Assembly (NCBI GenBank): GCA_964016885.1
Contig: OZ024758.1
Span: 19,840,001-19,904,000, forward strand
DNA: 64,000 nt
Direction: 5' to 3'
DNA from: Eledone cirrhosa
Taxonomy: Eukaryota
Shown here: positions 1 through 13,765 of the stretch, piece by piece
Layout: every line of letters starts with the position of its first letter
Position numbering within the stretch: the stretch's first letter is position 1
Translations under genes and position numbers: made by a program
The notes under the pieces: model-generated
What the model saw: only the letters and a program-made list of their open reading frames with translations
Database searches by the model: none
What the model was told of the DNA's origin: nothing

Positions 1-438
<438 letters not shown>

Positions 439-520
439 ATTTCTTATTTCTTAATGATATCTCTCTGTCTGTAATTTCTCATATGTTTGCTAATATTATA
501 CAGCATCATTATTACCTCTA

Positions 521-708
521 GGGCGGTGGATTGGCAGTATCGGTAGAGGGTCGGACGCCATGTTTTCCAGCATAGTTACGTCCCTTTACGATGTGAGTTC
601 AAATCCCGCCGAGGTTGACTTTGCCATTCATCCTTGCGGGGTCGATAAAATAAAGTACCAGTAATGAACTGGATAATTGCTGGCCTTGTGCCTAAAGTAG
701 AAACAATT
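521..708 (+). mobile_element. tRNA-derived SINE with Nin/Deu-like central domain
   Basis: A-box-like TGGCAGTATCGG, B-box GAGTTCAAATCC, then GCCGAGGTTGACTTTGCC.TTCATCC...GGGGTCGATAAAATAAAGTACCAGT. At least 8 copies in the window. Confidence 0.85.
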
Positions 709-2154
709 ATATTACCTCTACTTCCCTGTCCTCTTATATATTTCCGAAAGTGTAGCATTCTTTCAAAATATAGTAGTACTGACAGCTGTGCGGCACACGG
801 CTTGGATTGTGTTATCTGCAGAAGATTGTTCTTACGAAAGTGTTATATTTACTCTAAAGAAGATTATATATTTTCAAAAATATTGCTGCTTGGAAAAATA
901 TACAAAAAAAGAAAATTCAAACTCCTTCAGTGTATGAAATATTTTAATACAAATTAGAGCAAAATGTTACAAAAATACTACAAGTTTAGATGTAATAAAG
1001 TTAAATTTTAGAAGAAATTAATCCCAAAAGTATCGGAGGATAATGACTTTCAAAGGATTTACTGATAGACTTTTGGAAAGATCTGTATTTTGTATAGAAA
1101 CTCTGTGCAAAAAGTCATATATTTAGTGGACGCAAATAGAAAGTCAAGGTAAAGCTGTTTAAAGTAAAGAACTGTGTTGTGCTGAAAGAGTATTTCAAAA
1201 TAAAATAGAATCAATTATATTTTAAGTCGGTTGATCACTGAAACAAGAAATGAGATTAAAAGCCTGCGAATGAGGAGGAAGAGGGTTTTAAAATAAATAA
1301 TGGCCTGGATTGTACTAAGAATAGCAACAAATAGCATGGTTGCGACGAGGGGAAGATAATGAGGAAATGTCAAATTGACTAAAATGAATTTGAAGGCGAA
1401 CTAAGAAGAATGAATAACTGGCTGCTCTTTTTTCGCAAAGTTTATTGTCTCTTGTGTACTATAAATGCTTTCTGAATATATTTTTGGAAAATCAGACTGT
1501 TTCGAAATTCATAATAGAAACGAGTGTAATGTCATTACCCAAAACAGAATGAACGTTTAAAGAAACATATGAGTGGTTAAATCAAAAAGTTAATAGTTCC
1601 AAGTAACGACTTGCTTATCGATCTTCAAATGTAGATATTTTCATCTAGAACAATCTTTTAGCCTCTGCAATTACTCAAACACACTAATATTTCCTATTAG
1701 TAACATTAAAAGAAACTGGGTAATATAATCGTAATATTTACACTTCCATAAACACAAATATATATGTTATCAAATTCATATTCTATATACGCCTTCTTCG
1801 TTCTGTCCGCCGGGGCCGTGGGGCGGTAAGCACGTGGGACCCCATTTGCTCATAATTCAGAGAGTTGTTAGCGATATGGAGGCGATGATAGATGGAGTTC
1901 GGCTCTTCTGTGTTCGGACATTGTGTGCAGCGTCAACTGTCCGTAGGCAAGTATGATTCACATCTATCTGTATATATATATATATGTATTATATTGCATT
2001 GAACAACAGGTTAGACACTATAAATACATTGTTGCAGATTTTTGAAAACCAGAAAAGAAAGAGGGTGAAATGTTTATTAACTTATATACCTTCTACTTTC
2101 TAATGACCAACTAATGAAGTGTGCTATGCATATATTAATTGAAATAATCAAATT

Positions 2155-2338
2155 GGTGGATTGGTAGTATCGGTAGAGGGTCGGACGCCATGCTTTCTAG
2201 CATAGTTACGTCCCTTTACGATCTGAGTTCAAATCCCGCCGAGGTTGACTTTGCCTTTCATCCTTACGGGGTCGATAAAATAAAGTACCAGTGAGGCACT
2301 GGGTAGTTGCTGGCCTTGTGCCTAAAGTAGAAACAATT
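2155..2338 (+). mobile_element. tRNA-derived SINE, same family as 521-708
   Basis: Near-identical to 521-708. Confidence 0.85.
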
Positions 2339-2863
2339 AATTGAAATAATCAAAATATATATCAGTAACACGATAAAGTATTTTCTTGATTCAATACCAT
2401 TATCACCATATGTGTGAAAGTGCGTATCTGTATATAGGGGTATGCTTTCTGTATGACCTTCGAAAGAAAGCTATCCCTGCATCGTCAGGCAGATGCAACA
2501 AAAGTGTACCTTTCCTTCGTAAAAATATCTCCTTTTGAACATGGACTGGCACCCAAACAACACGCGATTCCCTAGTTCACGCCTGACCGCACTTGAGCGT
2601 TTGTATTTTCAGTTTTTGTGAAAAGTCTCCACGACATATATTCGTTTATTGCAAAATTATATGAAACATCTGTTGTCATTTACCTGGAAAATCGTAACAT
2701 AGAAAAGACCAGAGGAGCGAATAATGAAATTTTAAATGTGTAGAAATCTCTTATTTTAATTACAATTCACCTATGTGCATATGCATATATCTATCTCTGT
2801 ATCCATATACATCCTCTCTCCCTCTCGCTCTCCCTCTCTCCCTCTCGCTATCTATCTCTCTCC

Positions 2864-2892
<29 letters not shown>

Positions 2893-2894
<2 letters not shown>

Positions 2895-3225
2895 GAATTC
2901 ACATGAATCAAAGTTTTGTTCAAACCATTTATTAGCTTACAATTGTTTCATCCAGACCGAGGTTTGGAGACATACATGACCTCCTTTCAAACACAAGAGA
3001 CATACAGATACATATGTTTTAATATGATTTTAATTTTTGAATTTAAATTGCCATTCAGAAATAATATAATATATATCACCCCACTGTGCATCAATATATA
3101 CATATGTATATGTATGTCTCTTGTGTTGGAAAGGAGGTCATGCATGTCTCCAAACCTCGGTTTGGATGAAACAATTGTTAGCTAATAAATGGTTTGAACA
3201 GAACTTTGATTCATGTGAATTATAT
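2893..3225. repeat. Fold-back element with ~125-bp inverted arms and an ~80-bp spacer
   Basis: AATTCACATGAATCAAAGTT...CACAAGAGACATAC...ACATATG is mirrored by CATATGT...GTATGTCTCTTGTG...AACTTTGATTCATGTGAATT; flanked by TA. Confidence 0.85.
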
Positions 3226-3390
3226 ATAACTGCACTGTAGAACAACTGATGTTATTACATTGAGCTATTTATCTTACTGGTAATAAGGTAGTAAAAAAAT
3301 TACTGTCTTTCACTGTTTAGGGTTTAAAATAAAATATTTATTATGAAGAGTTTTAGTATATACATAACCATAAATAGTATCCTTAATACT
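3226..3390. repeat. Unclassified dispersed repeat, second copy at 18653-18812
   Basis: ATAACTGC.CTGTAGAACAACTG.TGTTATTACATTGAGCTATTTATCTTACTGGTAATAAGGTAGTA...ACCATAAATAGTATCCTTAATA occurs twice. Confidence 0.75.
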
Positions 3391-3494
3391 ATATATATTT
3401 ATATATATTCTTTAAATTTATTATTATTACTATATATATATATATATATATATGATGTGAGTGTGGTTTATGTGTATGTATGTATGTATGTTTT

Positions 3495-4072
3495 CATGTA
3501 TCCCAGTACAACCTGTCTCATGGTCGGGTCGTTGGCAACTAAACTGGCAACCCACCAAGGTTCCTTGGTGAGGAGGGTGACTTTGGACATCCTGCAGGAC
3601 TAAAAACAAAACCTGTCAAAGGACAAAGGAGCTCTTAAGAGTCAATGGCCATCCAAAATCACCGGTAGAGATGACCACTTAGCCTTTGTCAAGGCAGAAT
3701 TCTAGGAGAAGGAAAACTCTGATATAACACCTGCAAACCTGATGGTATCCAATGACGTTGACTTGTTCTTCTTTTTGGTAAATATCATCTTGGTTCAGAG
3801 AATGATACTGGCTTTGTGCATTGCTTTTGCTCACTATAAAAGCTCCACGGCACAGGCATTGCTTTATATCTGGAGATCTATCTGCACTTGTCCTCACATG
3901 GTATCATGGGCCCAGCACTATGTTTCAGTAATTGTCACAAGTGTAGTGATTGTACCAGAGTTTTCAAGTCGCTGGCTGGACTAAAAAGTCACACTGGTTC
4001 AGCGCATCGGTAGGGGTTCTCCATCATGGATATAAAGTAGAGGCCGTACTCGAAAACGAGTTGGCAGCCACC
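3495..4072 (+). mobile_element. RTE-LINE-derived non-autonomous element (~580 bp), copy 1
   Basis: 5' part has CTAGGAGAAGGAAAACTCTGA (RTE 5'UTR-like). The 3' part encodes a terminal C2H2-type finger, [23 protein letters not shown]. Four copies share the 3' end GGCAGCCACC. Confidence 0.65.
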
Positions 4073-4320
4073 TTGTCTTCATGTAGGTATGTATTTGAAT
4101 GAAAATTGTGCTTTATGTTGAATTCATATGAATGTTTCTACTTATATTTCTATCGGCGTATTCATGACACAATCCTTCCGTCAATGGTCTGATCATTACT
4201 TAGGTAAGTCATGTGTAAGCAACGATAATAGATTTTATATAGAATAAATAGATAGCAAACCATGTGAGTAGTCATATTTCTAGATAAGGCCTAAATCAGC
4301 TTTGCTGAAATAGACACATC

Positions 4321-4444
<124 letters not shown>

Positions 4445-6248
4445 AATGTCCCACTCTGAATTATACTGTAGAATCGAAAGAATATTAATAACATACTATT
4501 TTTATACCATTGTTTCATGGTTAGTTCAGTTCTAAATACGTCAAATACAATTGATAGTGTTTATACACCAGATATTGGTCACAATGTTTCATTTATGCTT
4601 AAGTCTTTGACTCTAGGCTTAGAAATAATTTGCAATTGCTACCTAAACAGAGTGATTTCGCATTGCTTCATTTCATTTATGCGATTGGTTATAATCATAT
4701 TGTTTTGTCCTTAACCTATAGTTCGATTTGGATTTAGTAGCATTCATCAATTTTTAAGTATATTTACAACTTCGCTACTGAAACGAAACACTTACTGACT
4801 CTTGCATTTGTTACGTACACTTTGTTGACTAGTATGCTCTCTGTTAAGGTTTACGGACAATGACAAATCATTGCTTAATAAATGACAAGATTTATTCAAT
4901 ATCATTCGTATGCAATACGTTGTGAAACACAGGTATCCAGAAAAAAAACTATTGTAATTAGTATTTTGTGTATAATAAGTTGACTGTCGTATACTAAACA
5001 TTTGATTCTACCAGCTGTATTTGTGGAGCATAAGCGAGGGTTATTTTGAAAATTATTTATAGATTGTATTTTCGCTAGTTATTAAAGTATTTCTGATTAT
5101 GAATTTTGCCAGTCTGGAACAACGAAATCAACCAAAATATGATAACAATTTCAGATGTGGTGTGCCATTGCATTGCGTTTGAATTAGGTAAAGGAAAGAG
5201 AGGGCATTTTTTAGAAGTATTTTATTTAACTGGAAGCTTAGCCGAATTTTTGATTGAGATAAAATATATGAAAGTTGGCAGGTAACAAAAATCTGTAAGT
5301 ACAATGGAAATGTTAAATTGTCTCCTGGGCTATGAATGTGGAAATAATTATTTCAGTGAGAAAACTTTCTCACGGAAAAACGTTTGAGAGTGTTGCATTT
5401 CATTGTTTTAAGATAATAGATTTTTTTTCGCAGTACTTCAACAAATTTACATCTTTTCCTGAAAAGAAAATGATATCATTAAAAAGAAAAAGCTTTATAA
5501 CATTTCAATAGCCTATAATCCGTGGGCCTTTATTTGCAACTGAGATTTTAAGGTAGGAATTACTTTAGTCACGAAGCATAGTGTATTACCGGCATTTTAA
5601 ATACTTTCAATTCATAAAGTGAAGATTACATCAGGATATATACCAGGAGCTTCCAGCAACTAAATGTACAAAGGGATCAAATGATGTTTAATTTATGCAG
5701 ATACACATTTTAATACGAACATAATCACTGATCAATTAATTAAAACTCATCGAAGGCTCTGGTTAGAATATCAATCTGAATTCTTCAGTATGTCATCTTA
5801 AATTGATTAGATTAGTCCCCTGATCCGCTTGGTTGCATATAATCGGGATCACTCATTAATTTGAGTATTTTCACAGCCTGATGATTAGAATAACTTTATG
5901 GTGCTGAGAACAGATTAAAATCTGTTTAACAAATCAACAATATAGAAGCAAATTAAATTATATTTTTGTTTAATTTTTTAATGCTAATGTTTAAAAAATA
6001 CTTAAATTATTGACTCAAACGATTCAATTAAACAAAAAATGAAATTGAAATAATTCCATTTGAAATTACTGCTTGGAAAACAATTTTCAAAGCATATTTT
6101 AATAGAAAATGACGTAATTTACCTTTTCTTTTTACTAGAGTGGATAATATATTGCCATTAGTAATTAGGTTTTACTATCTCTAGTATCATGATTGCATGC
6201 AACTTATATGAAATGTGAATTACTGACATACAGTTTACAAATCTAAAC

Positions 6249-6308
6249 AAGGGCGGTGCCCCAGCATGGCCTCAGTCGGATTGCTGAAACAGGTAAAATA
6301 GTAAAAGA
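6249..6308 (+). mobile_element. SINE 3'-tail fragment
   Basis: AAGGGCGGTGCCCCAGCATGGCC...TGAAACAGGTAAAA resembles the LINE-derived tail of octopus SINEs (from recall, not searched). Confidence 0.45.
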
Positions 6309-6399
6309 GTATAATGTACATTGCCATAATGAAGAGATTTTCGGAAATATATATTCTTAATTCTTTCTTTTGTCGTGTCCAGATGAGTGTCAGTTACAA

Positions 6400-6575
6400 T
6401 TGTCTGCTTTAGGCACATGAAAAGCAATAACCCAGTGCATTACTGGTACTTTATTTTATCGACCCCGTAAGGATGAAAGGCAAAGTTAACCTCGGCGGGA
6501 TTTCAACTCAGAACATAAAGGGCGGTAACAGCTGAACACATTCCTGTCCTTTCTCATTAAACTCTGCCAAGTCCA
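6400..6575 (-). mobile_element. tRNA-derived SINE copy
   Basis: Reverse complement of the core: ACTGGTACTTTATTTTATCGACCCCGTAAGGATGAAAGGCAAAGTTAACCTCGGCGGGATTT.AACTCAG. Confidence 0.8.
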
Positions 6576-7824
6576 ATGCTGTGTAGGAGTGTTCCAACAT
6601 AGGGCATATCAGGTGTTGCTCCCTAGTCTACGGTTTGATACCACATTCACACAAGCTTCCTATCCTTTAAATATTCCCATTTTGAAAGATTGACATTCAA
6701 CACCAAATCTTAGTATGTTTAAGCAGTTCCACACTGCATAGCTTGTATCTGCTCTAGTAGGCAGGGCTTCGCTCCCTGTCAGCTCCATTTTTGTTACTGA
6801 GAAATGTTTCTTAATCATAGGAATACTCACATCTAAATACATATGCACCTAAAACTATATGATGGGACTATATTTCTATCAAAAGACATTACAACTAAAA
6901 TTGTTAATACGCTTTATAACCTACTAATACCACACATGAATTAAATGCGTGCAAACTGAGAAATCACAATACTAAAACAAACCTTTTGAATGCTACTGCA
7001 CTTCCCGGTACCGAAGACGTTTCGTACTCAAGGACGTACCATAATTTTGACAACTAAACATTTGAAAAAAAAAGCAATGAACAACTTTCGGCCTCCCGGA
7101 CGCATGGAAGATGTTTGAGACCTATTATAGGAAAAAAAGTTGCATCTTTGACACTGGGAAATACGGTTTTACATACAATTCAAAAGCAACTATATGCTAC
7201 AGTATGGTGATGAATAAAACAAGAAATCTATATTGTTTGCCTTTCTCCGACAGATAATATGACTAAAGCTAACAAGAGATGCTTATATCATTATCACAAA
7301 CAACAATATTGGAGTCAATTATGTCAGATTTCTTGATAAGAATTAGATATATCACCACGATTAATGTTGGTGTCATATTCATTTTTTTCTGTTATTTGAC
7401 CGAGATTAATTTACGATCAGTGATACATGATCAGATATGTTCTAAGCGATATTGTGTGCGTCATTGTGTATATCGTGTATGTTTGTTTATAGAGAATATA
7501 CATGATGGATGTAGACATACAACTTGCCCCATATTCAATATGTGACGAATATCTGATAATGTTAAGAGGCTTGCTCAATTTACATTCGCTGGATTGAAGA
7601 CCAGATAGATTCAGACAAGTATTAACATAACGAGGCATGTCTTGTTGATTGAAATCTGGAGGGCCTTGACTATACCAGACATGTTACAGAAAGAATGAGT
7701 GAGGAGCAACAAGTCGGGACTAGGAGAATATGGGACTATTGTACTAATGTCTTGTGGTAACATATGTTCCAATACAGTATGAATATAAGACAAACGCACA
7801 CACCTATATATATATATATATGTA

Positions 7825-8125
7825 TTTGTTTGGCGAGATATTTAATATGAAATCGGGTGTCGAAACAAATATTGTTAAACTTGGGGTGGGTCATATTGTT
7901 GTAATAACATTGCCAGCAATAATAACTGAACACACTCAGTGTTTGGTTGATTTTTGCTTCTGTATCTTTTATATCTCCACAGTTAATTCATTTGGCCCTC
8001 AACAATACAGATCTTAATACATATATATTTATCTAACACAGTTCTTTCGTTTCACATCTGCAACATCATCAGTGGTATTATTATGTTCCTCCTGTTGTAT
8101 TATATGTATACGTCATTTTTATTGT
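7825..8125 (-). mobile_element. Family A element, diverged copy, with a degenerate HHR at ~8037-8075
   Basis: Homologous to 1-326 in reverse. Minus strand reads cca-CTGATGA-tgttgcagatgtgaaac-GAAA-gaac. Confidence 0.6.
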
Positions 8126-8131
8126 ATCTGT

Positions 8132-8166
<35 letters not shown>

Positions 8167-8361
8167 TATTTCTCTTAATTCAGCATTGTTTGTTTGGGTG
8201 CTGTTGTTATTCCATTCATTTTTCCTGTTTAGCTTTTGCTTTCTAAGCTCTATTTCGCTTGCTTTACTGATTTGCCTACCTGCCGGATCATTTCTATGTT
8301 TAGATATTATTTTAATTTCTATGTTGTCTATGTTACCGTCATGTTGTCTGGCGTGTTCGTA

Positions 8362-8593
8362 TAGGGGACCAGTTTTGAAGACGTGGACGACATCAAAAAG
8401 GCCGTGATGACGGAACTGCGGAGTATCCTGTAAGAATCCTTCCAGGAGTGCATACAAGCGTGGCAGAAAAGGGTGGAAAAGTGCATTAGACTCCAGGGGG
8501 ATTACTTTGACGAAAAAACTCTTAGTGTGAAGTTTGGGTTTGAAATAAAGATTTTATTACATCAGTCCTGGAACTGTTGTGACACACCTCGTA
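8362..8593 (+). mobile_element. Mariner transposon 3' fragment (transposase C-terminus plus right TIR)
   Basis: Translates to GTSFEDVDDIKKAVMTELRSIL*ESFQECIQAWQKRVEKCIRLQGDYFD, the typical mariner W..R..KC...G.YF end; terminates ...CACACCTCG|TA. Confidence 0.85.
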
Positions 8594-9532
8594 TATATAT
8601 ATATATATAATGTGTGTGTGTGTGTGTGTGTGTGCTTCTGTGTGCATGTGTGTGATAGCCTTTAGTTCATGACCACAGTCTACTACATCTAATATCACAA
8701 TACATTCTCTTACCAACAATATGGTTATTATTTTCCCTCCATATTTTGAATTTCAGAATCTATTAAGAGAATCATGTGCACGAGATCTATTTTTACTAAA
8801 TATATTAAGCATAAGAAATAGAAAAAAAAATCTACTTTTGTTAGCGTTCATATATATTTCAAATGCCGGAGAAGAAGCTTTCTTATTTGAGTTAAGTCAG
8901 ATATCTGTAACGTTGTTTAGAATATATAGAGGCATATGAATAGATGTACACCATGTAAATATAAGCAAATACAGAAAAGAGTTAATTATTAGTATATGGT
9001 ATACGCATAAAACGCACATATCTATTCGAATATATATAGAAAGCAGTTACACAGTCTTAATATCTTAAACAATTCACATTTGAACATCATCTGCAACGAA
9101 AGAATACAAACTATTTCGTTTATATTTTTGTTGTTTTCCCTTCATATGACATTTAAATAATTCAAAAAGTTGTTGATAAAGGTAATGTAGTCATGGAAAC
9201 TGCGAGCTCAAGAGCCTGGAGACCCAGGTAGTATTTCTTTAAATCTGTTCTCGTATCAAATGCTTCGTATGATTGGAGTATAAAACCAGTGAACACATTT
9301 TGTTACAAACGTTCTTTAAAATTAATATTTTTTTGTGTTCTTTAACTAATTCATCATTCTTGCCAATAAATCAAACATATTTTTAAAGAATTCAATAGCA
9401 CACAATGTTATTGGTAGTCTATCAGATTCCACGCACAATTCCAATAATTTACATCCGTGAATACACATTAGCACACACGTAAAGATATTAAAAGAACACA
9501 TTCCTTAACTCTAACATATATACACACAATGT

Positions 9533-9599
<67 letters not shown>

Positions 9600-9603
9600 C
9601 ACT

Positions 9604-9689
<86 letters not shown>

Positions 9690-10223
9690 TAGTGAGATAT
9701 ATATATATTTATATATATAGAGAGAGAGAGATAGTGAGATATATATATATTTATATATATATATATAGAGAGAGAGATAGTGAGATATATATATATTTAT
9801 ATATATATATAGAGAGAGAGAGAGAGACAGAGTGATATATATATATTTATATATATATATATAGAGAGAGAGAGATGTCTATTAATATACCGACGCATAC
9901 ACATCCATACACATGTACTTGTGGATTATTAATATATCCGTTGAAAATGTATGGAAATATAATCTATATTGTCACCATCGCATATTAGCCATTTATATTT
10001 ATATATGAACATACATAAATATATATATTTATATTTATATATATGTATATATAATCTTATATATATATTTATATATAAATGTTTATATATATAGAATTTA
10101 TATATATATAGAATCTTGCTAAACAAATTCAGAAACGAAATATATATATAATATATTTATATATATATTTATATATATATTTACATATATATATATATAT
10201 ATTTATATATATTTATATATATT

Positions 10224-10355
<132 letters not shown>

Positions 10356-10498
10356 ATATATATTTATATATATATTTTATGTATATTTATATATATATTT
10401 TATATATATTTATATATATATTTTATATATATTTATATATATATTTTATATATATTTATATATATATTTTATATATATTTATATATATATTTTATATA

Positions 10499-10584
<86 letters not shown>

Positions 10585-10610
10585 TTATATATATATATTT
10601 ATATATACAC

Positions 10611-10647
<37 letters not shown>

Positions 10648-10785
10648 TATACATGTAAAGTTATATTTAAAATTGTTGGGTTACAACTAGTAAATATTTA
10701 TAACTGATATAAAAGCACTCGACAAATATTTGGAGTATATTTACAATATTAAATAAATGGAAAACTATATTTATAAAACCATATT

Positions 10786-10851
10786 TATTTCATTATATAT
10801 ATTTCGGGGATATCATATTAACAATATGTTATGCCTTCATCAGACAAAATA
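10786..10851 (-). ncRNA. Minimal type I hammerhead ribozyme of PLE 3'-end type
   Basis: Minus strand: tattttgt-CTGATGA-aggcataacatattgttaatatgatatcccc-GAAA-tatata-TA-atgaaata. Palindromic stem III; preceded on the minus strand by a pyrimidine-rich UTR-like tract (10940-11040). Confidence 0.65.
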
Positions 10852-11436
10852 CAATATGAACAGTTTTATAGATAAATATATTCGACATACCGTAATAAAC
10901 ATCAACTTCATTTGAAGAGGTTTACTCTAGCAGTGAAAAATACAGAGAGAAAGAAAGAGAGAAAGAAAGGAGGGAAAAAAAGAAAGAAAGAAAGACAAAA
11001 CGAAGAAGAGGAAGAAAAAGAAGAAAAAGAAAAAGAAGAAATGCATGGGACAAAAACTAAACATAAGATAATGAATTTTCACACATTGTGAATACTTGTT
11101 TCATTCAGGAATACTGATATTTACAATATAGTGTAAGTTTTATAAATACTAATACATTAAAACATAGGGTTTTCTACGCCTCGAATATGTCTGGCTATTT
11201 TTAAATTTTTTTCTCTCTCTATATCTCTCTATATCTCTCTATATATCTCCCTTACATTAATACTTGAGCTAAATAAATAAATACATTTATTTATTTATTT
11301 ATTTATTTATCATTGATACACTTACTCAAAATGACCTCCCACTACCTAATTTTCTATATATATTTATATATATTTATATATATATATATTTATATATATT
11401 TATATATATATATATTTAGATATATTTATATATATA

Positions 11437-11468
<32 letters not shown>

Positions 11469-11476
11469 GATATATT

Positions 11477-11507
<31 letters not shown>

Positions 11508-11510
11508 ATT

Positions 11511-11541
<31 letters not shown>

Positions 11542-11745
11542 ATTTATATATATATTTATATATATATATATATATTCATATATATATATATTTATATATA
11601 CATATATATATATATATATTTAGATATATATAATTATAGATACATATATTTATATATATTTATATATATATATTTATATATACATATATATATATATATT
11701 TAGATATATATATTTATAGATAAATATATATATATTTATATATAC

Positions 11746-11799
<54 letters not shown>

Positions 11800-11826
11800 T
11801 TATATATGTATTTTTATATATATATT

Positions 11827-11858
<32 letters not shown>

Positions 11859-11894
11859 TATTTATATATATATATATTTATTTATATATATATT

Positions 11895-11927
<33 letters not shown>

Positions 11928-11980
11928 ATATTTATTTATTTATATATATATATATTTATATATATATTTATATATATATT

Positions 11981-12157
<177 letters not shown>

Positions 12158-12158
12158 T

Positions 12159-12195
<37 letters not shown>

Positions 12196-12785
12196 TTATA
12201 TATATATTTATATATATATTTATATATATATTTATATATATATTTATATATATATTTATATATATATTTATATATATATTTATATATATATTTATATATA
12301 TATTTATATATATATTTATATATATATTTATATATATATTTATATATATATTTATATATATATTTATATATATATTTATATATATATATATTTATATATA
12401 TATTTATATATATATATATTTATATATATATTTATATATATATATTTATATATATATATTTATATATATATATTTATATATATATATTTATATATATATA
12501 TTTATATATATATATTTATATATATATATTTATATTTATATATTTATATATATATATTTATATTTATATATTTATATTTATATATTTATATTTATATATT
12601 TATATTTATATATATATATTTATATATATATATTTATATATATATATTTATATATTTATATATATATTTATATATTTATATTTATATATATTTAAAGCGG
12701 AGTTGCTGATGTATACAACAATTTCAAACTGCTAGCCTTGAGTGATACGTTGATGTAAACAATGATCTTGCAATCACATGTTATA

Positions 12786-12832
12786 TGCTTTGATAAGTCC
12801 CACCATGGGGTCGGACGAAACGGCTATCGGCA
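12786..12832 (+). ncRNA. Decayed hammerhead motif
   Basis: tgct-TTGATAA-gtcc(caccatggggtc)ggac-GAAA-cggcta-TC-ggca-ataaa. Stems are present but the core deviates from CTGATGA at two positions. Confidence 0.45.
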
Positions 12833-13223
12833 ATAAACTTGTTATAATGTCATAATAGTTCCTTTGTTCTTTTTCACTAATATTTCTGCTCTGCGTATAC
12901 GCATAGAGCTTAACTAGCCACCGTCACATATTTGGTAAGTCAGACGTGATCATCGCGATTCACATACGTCCTACCATACATCTTACTTATATATATTTAT
13001 ATATATTTATATATATATTTATATATATTCATATTTATATATATTTATATATATATATTTATATATATTTATATATATATTTATATATATATATATTTAT
13101 ATATATTTATATATATATATTTATATATATATATTTATATATATATATTTATATATATATTTATATATATATTTATATATATATATATTTATATATATTT
13201 ATATATATATATTTATATATATT

Positions 13224-13277
<54 letters not shown>

Positions 13278-13541
13278 TATATATATATATTTATATATAT
13301 ATTTATATATATTTATATATATATATATTTCGTTTTTGAATTTGTTTAGCAAGATTCTTTATCTGAAATCGTGTGTTGAAACCTCCCTTTGGGAGGGTCA
13401 TGTTGCCAATAAGAAACACACGCACCAGTTGCTTTCACTTCAATTTATTATATATTTATAAATTTATAAATTTACAAATCCACAAACTTATAAATTTCTG
13501 GTTGGTTGGTTGGTTCCACAACCAGATAGTTGTTTATATAT

Positions 13542-13586
13542 AGTCATAGTCCTTTCGTCACACACTCTGTGACCTCTTCAGTGACT
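13542..13586 (-). ncRNA. Hammerhead motif in the left arm of the fold-back
   Basis: Reverse complement of 13721-13765. Confidence 0.6.
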
Positions 13587-13720
13587 GGGGATTCCTCTCT
13601 TTGTTTCTGTGCCTTTCCTTTCTTCTGTCCTACGCCATTTTATTTCTGAACACATACACAGAAACAAAATGGCGTAGGACAGAAGAAAGGAAAGGCACAG
13701 AAACAAAGAAAGGAATCCCC

Positions 13721-13765
13721 AGTCACTGAAGAGGTCACAGAGTGTGTGACGAAAGGACTATGACT
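13721..13765 (+). ncRNA. Hammerhead motif in the right arm of the fold-back
   Basis: agtca-CTGAAGA-g-gtcac(agagtgt)gtgac-GAAA-ggac-TA-tgact: perfect stems I and II, intact core, very short stem III. Confidence 0.6.

Noticed and set aside
521-615. tRNA gene
   Set aside because: A and B boxes are present, but there is no cloverleaf and it continues into the SINE body found in many copies.
1790-1955. GC-rich island as a structured RNA or exon
   Set aside because: No motif, ORF or repeat match that I can support; probably a TE fragment.
5151-5195. Possible micro-exon tttcag|...|gtaaag
   Set aside because: Splice-like motifs arise by chance; the peptide is unrecognisable without RNA-seq.
9193-9233. 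Possible host exon ATGGAAACTGCGAGCTCAAGAGCCTGGAGACCCAG|GTAGTA
   Set aside because: Very short, weak donor, no recognisable protein and no partner exons.
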